Shown here in pieces: positions 54,760-64,000 of a stretch of DNA of 64,000 nucleotides. Origin of the DNA: a bacterium (lineage in GTDB: Bacteria; Hinthialibacterota; Hinthialibacteria; Hinthialibacterales; Hinthialibacteraceae). The notes under the pieces were generated by a model. The model had not been told where the DNA came from, ran no database searches, and saw nothing but the letters and a program-made list of their open reading frames with translations. Every line of letters starts with the position of its first letter. The stretch's first letter is position 1. A program made the translations under genes and the position numbers. The DNA is taken from the NCBI GenBank assembly GCA_963663405.2, contig CAXXSM010000106.1, positions 1 to 64,000 on the forward strand, read 5' to 3'.

Positions 54760-55754
54760 ACGAACGAACATACGGATCGATTACTCTTCTATTCACACAA
54801 TTCCCTCCTCTCAAATGAGCGTAGCGGCTGAATTCGGTCTCTACACGAAAGAGAACGCTGACACAGTAATTATGCCCAAGTATTCGATGGAACCGATTCC
54901 GGTTATGTATGTGAATAGGAAGTACTATCTCGATTTAAGAACGGATGACGCGCCGCCCTTGGTTGAAATCCAAGAAGAGGAAACACATGAATACGTTTTC
55001 GACGTTCACAAGTTTATCCAAACTTTCCAAAGCGTAAACGGATTTCTTCCTTTCGATACAGAAAACGGATTTGAAAATCTCTTACCCGGAATTAATTTGA
55101 TCGGCTACAAGATGACGAGTAACAATTATCGTTTCGCTGTCTTGCTTGTAAATACTGACCGTTGTTTTCCCTCTCGCTCTTTCTCTTCAAGAAGCCTGTG
55201 GGAGTGTGGGGGATTCGGATGCTATTCTCGCTTTGACAACGACCGAAGCCAAACTCAATCGAGCGGAACGAAAAGAATTGCATGCAAGGGGTATAACGGT
55301 TTACACTTTATTCTCATATTTGAAAGATGATTTGACGCTTTCAGAGACGATTTTCCAAACCAAACATAAACAGAGAAAGTCAAAGCAGTTACAGATTCCT
55401 CCCGGTACGAAATGGAAGGATGTCTACATTACCTTTATTGATGAAGTCAGAGTTAGAATTGAAATTAAAAATATTCGTCAAGTGTTAAGTTATTCGGAAA
55501 TGGACTTTCAGAATAAGAATAACAGTAGACCATCAACTCTATGGGATGCATTTTCAGTACTTGCGGAGTATCAAGGTCATTTGGATTAAGGAAATCGAAT
55601 AGAAGGGGATGAACGAGAAAAGTATAAAAAACACATTCAGAGAATTAATAATAAACTCATTACTCTATTTCATATTCCTGAAAAACCAATTATTTATAAT
55701 CATTTCAAGAAGGCTTATGTATGTAAGTTTGGTCTGAGTAGCAATTCTGAATAA
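54722..55754 (+). pseudogene. Hypothetical protein with putative C-terminal winged-helix, broken by a frameshift (~55.2 kb) and an in-frame TAA (55587-55589)
   Basis: Overlapping ORFs 54722-55330 and 55206-55589; the same frame continues after the stop (KYKKHIQRINNKL..F.I...PIIY...Y..KF) to TAA 55752-55754. Confidence 0.55.
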
Positions 55755-55845
55755 TTTCAATTTGTTAGCTGCAACATGAAAGCAGTGTATTTTATTAATG
55801 TATTTTATTAAGATATAAAAAATGAATAACAAGTATGTTGTTTAT

Positions 55846-57236
55846 GCCTCGTCAAAAAAATCTATGGGTAAATTCCGGTTGAGGAAGTTTACCAAGGGTA
55901 TGATACAAGGCGATTTCCAGCGTTCGAAATGTTCGAAAGCCGTACGCCATTTTGGTAGTCACTTTCGCTTTGTTATTTAATCCTTCCACGACACCAGAAG
56001 AAAACTCTTTTTTCGCCCGAAACCAGTTCAAAATCAGTTCCCGATGACGCCGAAGCATCTTCGCAACCTTTTTCATTGGCTCGATCCGGGATCGCATGGT
56101 CTTGGTACACCATTGATCCAAAAAACGGCCCGCCCACGATGCCGACTTATAGTCCCAGAAAAAGTGGAACTCTTCTTTTAAAAGATAACTACGCACGGTC
56201 CGAAGGTTATACCGAACCACATTGGCAAGTTTTTCCACCTGCTTCTCGGTTAGATTCACCGAACGTTTGAGAAACCACCAACGGCTTCCTTTCAAGACCG
56301 GCTCCAATCCCTTGGCTTTCAATTCACGGGCTTCCCCGGCGCGGCGCCTCATCGATGGCTTTATTCATATGGGCCACGATGTGAAAACGATCCAAAATAT
56401 GGATGGCCCCTTTCGCTTTCTTCGCCACGACTTTGAGATACGCTTTCCCCATATCGCTGCAAATGAATTCCAACTTCGCGCTCCGCTCCTCACCCAACCA
56501 GCGGAAAAATCTCAAAAACGTCTTGGCCGTTCTCTTTTCCCCAATCCAAAGTAACCGCCTACATCCCTCATTGATTTGATACACCGCAGTCACGTAATTG
56601 TGCCCGCTTCCCCATTGCATTTCGTCCACTCCGATGGCGGTGATTCCTTCCAGGTTCCTATGCTCCCGTCCCCAATTGACGGCCCTCTCCACCGAGCAAA
56701 ATACTTTGTGCCAACTCGTTTGAAACGCCTCCGCCACTTGCGTCCAATTTAACCGCTTCGCCCAACCCGCCAGAAACCACTGATACGCGCTCGTTAATTC
56801 GTGCTTTCCTTCGGCCCAGGGAACTTGCTCAATTTTTACCCCGCAGTCTGGACACTCGACACGCCGCATTGTGTAGATTAAAAAAAACGCGATTCCCCAC
56901 AGCGGGACCATTTCAAAACGACGCTTGTCACGCGTGTCGTATCCGGGTCTTTTCTTTCCACAGCCGGAACAGATTGGACGATTTCCCTTCCGGGGGCGGA
57001 TTTCAACCTCCAACACGGTTTTCTTGTTCCATTCGCTAAAATAGACCGAATCGTACACAAATCCCTTGATTTTATGAACGCGATTGAGGATAGTCTTTAC
57101 TTGCATCCGGTGGCCTCCTGATTGATGGTTTGTCTTCGTCGACTCCATCTTCTTAGGATACGTTACCGGATGTCCTTTTCTATCTCTCCTTCTTCAGCAT
57201 TCCCTCTTGTTTACCCACTGATTTCTCTGAGGAACC
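55846..57236 (-). mobile_element. ISL3-family insertion sequence
   Basis: IRs GGTTCCTCAGAGAAATCAGTGGGTAAA / GCCTCGTCAAAAAAATCTATGGGTAAA (20/27 match); no matching TSD. Confidence 0.85.
55852..57106 (-). CDS. ISL3 transposase (frameshift ~56340)
   Basis: CSGC..RRVECPDC Zn finger, IGVDE, CSDM, LDRFH, SGVVEGLNNKAK...YGFR. Confidence 0.92.
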
Positions 57237-58143
57237 ATAGTTTGAAGAAGATTTCTATTTGCCAGCGTTCCTTGTAGATGGCCGCGATAGTACGGGCGGC
57301 GAATTCGTGGTGATTGGTCAACAAGTCGATCATCCGTTTATTTTCTTCATCCCAAACCCGTACCAATCGGAACGTCATGCCGGAGCAGACTTCTTGCGCA
57401 CGATTCGAGGTGAAACGGATCGTATAATCGCCCCGTAGATTCGAATCCCCTGGGACCACTCGGCGGCTGATCAACTGATACTTCAAATTCTCTTTGAGCC
57501 AGGTGACAAAATACACGCCCCGGTCGGTCCATTGCCGAAACAATTCGAAATCGACATAGGCGCGATCCATGGCCACGATCGAGCCCGCGGCCAGATGAAG
57601 CAATCGGGCGATTGTGATATCGTGTTGTTTTCCCTCACCAATGTAGGCGTAGGCGGGCAGATACCCGTCGTGATCCAGGAGCAGGTGAAGTTTGACCGCC
57701 CCCTTGGTGCGCCGAAACTTCGCCCAATCGAACAGAGACGCGCACAAGTCAATGACGGACAAATCCAGGCTGTCGAGTTTGTTCTTGAAGCGGAATTTAC
57801 GTTTCCCCTGAAATTCCAACTGCGCTTGGCGCAAAAGCGTGTAAAAGAGAGCCTGGAACATTTCCCAGGAACGATGTTGATTCGCATAGGCGAGAGTTGA
57901 GCGCTTGGGGGCGTTTTTGATACCGAGATGGGTTAATTTCCCTACACATGTGGCCAATCCCCCGCAGATTTCTCGCAAGGATTTCGCTTGGCCAAGTTGG
58001 CAAAACAACATGGCTACCAATTGCTCCCTGCATGAAAAATTCTTCGCATAGCAATTCCCGGAATACGTGTCCACGATGCGGGCGAATTCAAAACGAGGTA
58101 TAAAGGCTAGGATTTGCGAAAAAAGACTGGCACAATAAGTCAT
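57237..58143 (-). pseudogene. IS4-family transposase (DUF4372 + DDE), C-terminally truncated
   Basis: SLFSQIL, SLREI, RSTLAYAN, AVKLH, DRAY, YKERWQIEIFFK ending at the ISL3 junction; GGAGG RBS. Confidence 0.88.
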
Positions 58144-58250
58144 ATCGGACACCTCCAGCATGGATTGGATATTTCGCAACTATACAATACCATGCGGGTG
58201 TCCGATTCTCATAGATGGACAATCCCTCATTTTTTTATTGGACAAGAGTG
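57237..58250 (-). mobile_element. IS4-family element, truncated at its 3' end by ISL3
   Basis: Left end CACTCTTGTCCAATAAA (minus strand from 58250); right end missing. Confidence 0.8.
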
Positions 58251-58370
58251 AATAGAACAAGTTTCCTGGATGGTTAAATTAACAGGGACATCCACGGAAT
58301 CATTATCAGCACCAATTACCGGAATTGCGAATAAAACAGCAAATGCGAATAAAGCGATAAATTTCTTCAT
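58251..58370 (-). pseudogene. 5' fragment of a secreted pilin-like (Csu/spore-coat-U-like) gene interrupted by IS4
   Basis: Manual translation MKKFIALFAFAVLFAIPVIGA-DNDSVDVPVNLTIQETCSI, then the IS4 end; GGGAGA RBS. Confidence 0.55.
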
Positions 58371-58407
58371 GATCATTCTCCAAAAGTAAGTTTTAAGCTT
58401 AAAAACA

Positions 58408-58485
58408 AGTGGACGGTTTCACAACTTGCTCCCAATCGCCCTATTCGTGACCAGATTAAAGGGCGAAAGATCTTCGCATCTCACT
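58408..58485 (-). ncRNA. c-di-GMP-II-like riboswitch aptamer, gene-proximal copy
   Basis: AGUGAGA-UGC-GAA-GAU..P3..loop UGGUCACGA..GGAGCA..UUGUGA-AA-CCG-U-CCACU: P1, kink-turn and pseudoknot. Confidence 0.75.
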
Positions 58486-58490
58486 TTTGG

Positions 58491-58569
58491 AGTGGACGGG
58501 TTCACGACTTGTGCTCCCCTTTGCCCCATTCGTGACCAGTTAAAGGACAAAGGATCGACGCATCTCACT
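58491..58569 (-). ncRNA. c-di-GMP-II-like riboswitch aptamer, middle copy
   Basis: Same architecture; P3 CCUUUGUCC/GGGCAAAGG; pseudoknot UCACGA/UCGUGA; AC in place of AA. Confidence 0.7.
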
Positions 58570-58576
58570 CATGCCG

Positions 58577-58654
58577 AGTGGGCGGATTCACGATTTGCTC
58601 TCCCCCTGCCCCATTCTTGACCAATTAAAGAACAGGGGATCGACGCATCTCACT
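58577..58654 (-). ncRNA. c-di-GMP-II-like riboswitch aptamer, 5' copy
   Basis: Same architecture; P3 CCCCUGUUC/GGGCAGGGG; one pseudoknot mismatch; AU in place of AA. Confidence 0.65.
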
Positions 58655-58865
58655 CAAATTTCTTCTTGGCGGACATGAGTTTTGCGGCTATAATAGAATC
58701 AGCCTATGTGGTTCCTTGTGGCTGTCCGCCATAACGCCCACCAGGACCACGCCCGCAGTACCCTCGCCTGGAGAGAGGACCAGTCTCTCCGGGCGAACTT
58801 AATTTAAACCAGTCATTTCATACCTCCTTTCTTTTAGGATACAATCCAACACAATAGGCTGGAAT

Positions 58866-59854
58866 TTAATTGACTTGCGTCGTTATATTGATCTTTCCAC
58901 TATATTTTCCTGATCCCATACCTGTCGTAATCTTAGCGCTCCCCGCTAGATAAAAGGTATGAAATCCACAACCGAAATTCAAGAATAAATCCGGCGCGCC
59001 AGGAGACACATTCTCACTCGGCTTCGCGTCCGCAACTGTCTTCCCGCTTCTCAATCCCAAATTCGACCGTGGAATCGTCCCCCCCCCGAACCGGATAATT
59101 CCGTAATACTGCACGTCACAGTGATCCGGCCCGCATTGGTCAAGACAAACACCCGCGGATACGTCTTCGAAACATTGTATCCAATATCACAATTCCCAAA
59201 ATCCATCAAATCGGGACACACAAAAATCCACGCAAACTCCGGACAACAGAAGGAACATTCGATCGATCGCGCAAAAACAGGCTTCGTACTTTTCCCCGCA
59301 AGGGCGAAGAACGTAATCCGCCCGCTATACACTCCCGCCGGGTCGGTGATGCCCAACCGCGCGCCGATGCGGAACCGGTTCGCCTCGAACATCTTCCCAT
59401 CCGAGCAGGCTCCTTCCGCGATCAAGGTATCACCGGAGATCTCCAACGTCCCGCCGAACGATTTCGTCAAGTTCACCGGATCCCGCTGCGGTTTGATGAA
59501 CAACCGCCCCGAATTGGCCCCCCCCGACCCATGAAAATCCTCCACCGTACAAAAGAGCTGCCACGTAGGCGCATACGCCCCAACATCGATGATGATTTCC
59601 CTCTCGGAGATGAATTCGATCGAAGAAGGATAGTCAACCCCATCACCCGAACCGGTGTTAAATCCTCTACCCCCCCCCGATTCTTTCAATTCCACCGAAT
59701 CCGTGTTTAGCGAAAAGGTCAGATCAGCGGGAATAGGCTTCAGCGCCCCTCCATCCGGGAGAATTTCCTGCGCGGCCAGGCCGGTTGAGAAAAGAACCGC
59801 CGCGGCGAGGAAGAGCCCGGTGTATACAGCGTCCCGCATGATTGGGTACATCAT
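58866..59854 (-). CDS. Secreted two-domain fimbrial/Csu-like protein (frameshift in G9 tract at 59079-59087)
   Basis: Signal peptide (LAA-Q); two domains ending PAGVYSGRITF and SGKYSGKINITTQVN; MDFG motif at the start of domain 2. Confidence 0.55.
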
Positions 59855-61263
59855 ATCCCCTTTTCGAGTAAGAGCCGCGTATTATATTGTTTCGGCTAAG
59901 CTGCGCTGTTAGTTCGCTAATTTTTTAACAAGAAAAAATTATCCTATAAACGGCTAAAGACCAAAAAACAAAATTTTTTTCACTAGGAGGAACCAGCCGG
60001 GATTAGAGGAAAAAGGAGGAATATCGAGTACGAATTCCTAAGTTCATAATCCACAGACGCTTTCATTTCGGCCAACACTGCAATAAAAAATTACACCAAC
60101 TATAATATTAAAGCTTCAATTCAATAAATTAAATTCGATGTATACACTCTAACACTATTCTTTCAGATTTGTCAATACCAATTCACAAAAAAAATCAGAA
60201 AATTTTATCAATCTAACAAAATCTAAATATAGAAAATAAAAATCTTAAAGTTTACAAAAATAATAAAGTATATAGAATTTTAAAATAAACTATTATAGTA
60301 ATGACGCTGAACTACTATTTTTATCCAACTAAATAATACTCAAAAAATTCATTCTATAGTGGATAGAAACCAAAACGAACGACATTTATCAGTTAAACCT
60401 TAAATATAAAGAAAATATAAAAATTATAAAAAATCTTCTTTATTTATTACGTCGCGCTTACAGGTTGATTTGGTCAAATAATTTCAGGTTTTAGTGTTCT
60501 TCGGAGATGAGGCGCAGAGGTGAAACCTGTGTAACGTTTCTTAGCATGAAATGGTTTTAAAATCATAACTCGATTTATACTGTGTCAATCACTCTTATCA
60601 CATAATCTAAAATGAGTTGTACTACTATAGCACATTTTTAAATCGCTTAAAGGAGGTAAAGTAATTTTTTTTAATTTTTTTTCTGTCGAAAATTATAGTG
60701 CGTTACATTTTTTTAATGTGAATTGATCATGTTTTTCTGTCTTCATAGATATTTTTTGCGTAACGTAACGTTACACGTAAAGGGGGGGATATGATTTAAA
60801 AATTAACATAAAATCCTTGTTTGACTTGATTTATATTCACGCTTTGTATGCGCTTGTGTTCCTGGCGTCAATGCTGGAGTGATTACACAAATTCCACAGG
60901 AGGATGCAATCTCCATTTCTCGCATTTCTGGAGAATTCCAATCAGCGCAGTTGTTTTTTTATTGACGGTCACCTTGAAAACGGTTTTAAGGCGATAAAAC
61001 CGATCTTGCAGCGGATGTAATACGTCTCATCCCATTTGCGGTGATAGTGATCTGGGATTGATAGAACAGAGAAATATTAAGCAAATAAAATATGGTAAAT
61101 TAGGTGATTGATAATTTATGAGAATGAATTATGGAGAGTGTGTGACAGTTGTTGAATATGAGATAGAAATGCGCTAGATTGAATGAATCTGTTGACATTG
61201 GCTTTATTTTATTCTATCTTAAACAATACTATTTTTAAACAATTGAAATTTAGGAGCGCTGGC

Positions 61264-63300
61264 ATGTATCAAAAAAAATCTTTGTGTCTAGTCTTTTTCC
61301 TCTTCACTCCAGTCTATTTATGTTTGGCTGCTGAAAGAAACCATGATATTGATCTCAATGATTATTTCTCAATCTCATTTTTGACAGATTGTGATTCTTC
61401 TCCCGATGGAGAATATGCCGTATACCGAGAAGGGCGTTGGGACAAGGATAAGAATGAACGGAATTATGATTTATGGTGTATTGAAATTTCCTCACATAGG
61501 AAGCAACGTTTGACTTTTGATCCTGCCAATGACGATCATCCTGCTTGGAGTCCTAATAGCGAATATATTTATTTTACAAGCAGAAGAAAAATCGGAAGTG
61601 AAGATAAACCGCCGTATGATGGCAGCAATCAGATCTGGCGAATCAACCGGGATGGAAAAAATCTGGTTCCAATAACAAGAATTAAAGATGGCGTCGATTC
61701 CTTTCAAATCTCCGCCAATGGGAACTATCTCTATTATCAAGTATCAGCAGAAAAAGTCTCTGGAGAATGGGTGGAGTTACGCAATTCATACAAGGATCTT
61801 GAGTATGGTCATGGTGTGAATCCTTACTCACAAATATGGTGTTTGAATTTAGATGATTGGCGGGTGGAGAAAATTGTTGACGAGGATTTTGTAATAAAGG
61901 AATTTTCTCTCTCCCCCGATTGTAAGCATATCGCCATGATCACAACCCCAGACGATAACCTTATCACCTATGAGGGGAAATCAAGAATTGATCTTATTGA
62001 TATAGAAACTCGTAAAATTACAACTGTCACTCCTGCGGATTGGCGGAAGAACCATCCATCTCCATGTGGTTGGCTGTCATCGCTTTGCTGGTCAAATGAC
62101 AGTCAAGCGCTTGGATTTTCCATTTCTTTCGATGGGTATCCCGCAGAGATTTATGTAGCGGAATGGTTGAAAGAACTCCCCAATCTCTATCCATTAAAAC
62201 GGCCATCCTTTTTGACTGTGGATGGTGAGACATTGCGTTTTCGGGGGAAAAGCAGAGATCTATGTTTTATAGGCCAGGAAAAAGCCAGACAAAGAGTCTA
62301 TTGTTTTCCAAATGTTCGAAAAGGAAATCATGAAGAACTTTTGACAGTTACACCCGGTGATGTAGTCGTCGATAGTTACAGTTATTCTGAATCCTCAGAT
62401 CAGCTAGTGATGATCATGTGCGGCTTATCCTATCCACAAGATATTTTCATCAAAAATAACGCCAATGATGGGATCGAGAGACTCACTACGATAAATCCTC
62501 AAATCGAACGTTGGAAGATCCCACAAATATCCATTGTACAATGGACAGGGGCGAATGGATCGCCTGTTGAAGGGATTTTAGAATTACCTCAAGAGTATGA
62601 TGAACCGCTCCCCATGATTGTTGATCTACACGGGGGGCCCTGGTCCGCTTCATTGTATAGATTTCAATTTTGGATTTATGGACGTACCCTTTTGCCTTCA
62701 AAGGGTTATGCGGTTTTTTGTCCGAATTACCGGGGATCGATTGGGTATGGCGATCAATTTTTAGTCGATCTGATCGGTCATGAAAATGAGATTGAAGTAG
62801 AAGATATTCTAAAAGGTGTGGATGCGATGGTCGAACGTGGGATTGCCGATCCAACGCGGTTAGGAGTCACGGGTTGGAGTAATGGTGGTTTTCTCACAAA
62901 TTGTATTATCAGTAAAACCGATCGATTCAAAGCGGCGAGTTCCGGGGCGGGAGTCGTGGATCAAGTCATGCAATGGGGAGTGGAAGATACTCCTGGGCAT
63001 GTGTTAAATTATATGACCGGTTTCCCTTGGGATATTCCTGAAAAGTACCGTCGTGGATCTCCCTTGTATAATCTAAATAATGTAATTACACCCACACTTA
63101 TCCATGTAGGTGAAAATGACGCCCGCGTCCCTGCGATTCATGCAAAAACACTATACCGCGCCTTGCGTCATTATCTTGATATTGATACGGAGTTGATCAT
63201 CTATCCGGGAGAAGGACATGGTTTGGAGAAAATGGAAAATCGCAGAGCAAAAATGGAGTGGGATTTACAGTGGTTTGATAAGTATGTCATGAAAAACTGA
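61264..63300 (+). CDS. S9-family serine peptidase (dipeptidyl aminopeptidase/acylaminoacyl peptidase)
   Basis: AGGAG RBS, signal peptide, propeller, HGGP, PNYRGSIGYG, GWSNGG, GENDARV, YPGEGH. Confidence 0.94.
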   Translation: MYQKKSLCLVFFLFTPVYLCLAAERNHDIDLNDYFSISFLTDCDSSPDGEYAVYREGRWDKDKNERNYDLWCIEISSHRKQRLTFDPANDDHPAWSPNSEYIYFTSRRKIGSEDKPPYDGSNQIWRINRDGKNLVPITRIKDGVDSFQISANGNYLYYQVSAEKVSGEWVELRNSYKDLEYGHGVNPYSQIWCLNLDDWRVEKIVDEDFVIKEFSLSPDCKHIAMITTPDDNLITYEGKSRIDLIDIETRKITTVTPADWRKNHPSPCGWLSSLCWSNDSQALGFSISFDGYPAEIYVAEWLKELPNLYPLKRPSFLTVDGETLRFRGKSRDLCFIGQEKARQRVYCFPNVRKGNHEELLTVTPGDVVVDSYSYSESSDQLVMIMCGLSYPQDIFIKNNANDGIERLTTINPQIERWKIPQISIVQWTGANGSPVEGILELPQEYDEPLPMIVDLHGGPWSASLYRFQFWIYGRTLLPSKGYAVFCPNYRGSIGYGDQFLVDLIGHENEIEVEDILKGVDAMVERGIADPTRLGVTGWSNGGFLTNCIISKTDRFKAASSGAGVVDQVMQWGVEDTPGHVLNYMTGFPWDIPEKYRRGSPLYNLNNVITPTLIHVGENDARVPAIHAKTLYRALRHYLDIDTELIIYPGEGHGLEKMENRRAKMEWDLQWFDKYVMKN

Positions 63301-64000
63301 TGATCTTTGTATTTATATCAAGTGTCATGAGCGTCTTTCTATTATGGTATTTCACTTGTATTTCGACCATTTTTTATCATTTTCCTTTCTTTTAAACGAA
63401 GTTAGAATAAGTTCGAAATTTATGATGATTCAAGCAAGCTGTTTTTGAAATCCCAATGAATCGATACAGTAAAACAATATAATATTGTGATTCCACTTTT
63501 TTCTGTTTTGTTATTGTCTCGATTCATAAAAGGATTGAATTAAAACGTAAACCGCCGTAAAATCTCTGAAAAAATCAGTTATGATTTAAACGGACCGTGG
63601 TTTTATCCAAGGATGAGTACATATTTTTATTCTAAAACAATAAAATGACGTAAACTTTTTTTTCATTGTTCCGTTATACATGTAATAAGAGTAAAATCCA
63701 TTTCGAAATTATTAGGGAAAAGAATGATAACTTTCGCAAGATTCCGCTTGTTGCGCTTCTGCAAAAAATACGAATCCTATTCCCACCCTCCCTCTATTTA
63801 ATTCTTATGGGTCAGGGGGGCCCATTCCAATCCAAAATGTAATCCATTAAATCATTGATCCTCATATTCATTTGCAGAGTTTGATCTTAATTATGGTGTT
63901 TTAAATGAAAATGAGTTTCCGAGACTTACTCATTCGTGATTAATCCCGCGACTCATTTTCATTTGCAGGATGTGAGTTTGATCATGATCGTTTAAATGAT

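Noticed and set aside
58408-58654. CRISPR array or coding repeat (ORF 58426-58620)
   Set aside because: Units are ~78 nt with only 5-7 nt between them, there are no unique spacers or cas genes, and variation is pairing-compensatory with indels rather than codon-like.
59900-61180. Long AT-rich gap as a replication origin
   Set aside because: No clustered DnaA boxes and no dnaA/rep/par genes nearby.
63877-63990. AGAGTTTGATC / GAGTTTGATCATG resembling the 16S rRNA 5' end
   Set aside because: Not followed by (C/A)TGGCTCAG or any rRNA-like sequence.

Overview
A 64 kb bacterial genomic window. From the protein repertoire (many secreted multi-domain proteins, FGE-like lipoproteins, Tat sulfatase, ETF/Fe-S oxidoreductase) it is probably an anaerobe from a poorly studied, PVC-like or candidate phylum; this is inference only. 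1-12.3 kb: an esterase and a co-oriented operon of exported proteins around an MBOAT/SGNH acyl-transfer pair (2 TolB-like propellers, 2 FGE-sulfatase-domain lipoproteins, 2 unknown paralogues, a Tat-exported DegT aminotransferase). 12.4-18.2 kb: GH1 glucosidase, sulfatase, an intact IS1-family element with 8-bp TSD, and a GspG-tail protein. 18.2-28.5 kb: Na+/solute symporter, tandem-domain thyX, a small islet bounded by a duplicated thyX 3' end, ridA, malQ and GH31. 28.8-47.9 kb: a giant propeller sensor kinase, NarL-type regulators and a block of secreted modular proteins preceded by a duplicated operator-rich promoter. 48-53 kb: tRNA-Ala, etfB-etfA-Fe-S oxidoreductase, tRNA-Leu. 53-61 kb: a tRNA-Leu-adjacent island with nested ISL3/IS4, pilin-like genes and three tandem c-di-GMP-II-like riboswitch aptamers (most striking feature). 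61-63 kb: S9 peptidase. Many single-base frameshifts, dense at 18.6-30.7 kb, look like long-read consensus errors rather than real pseudogenes.
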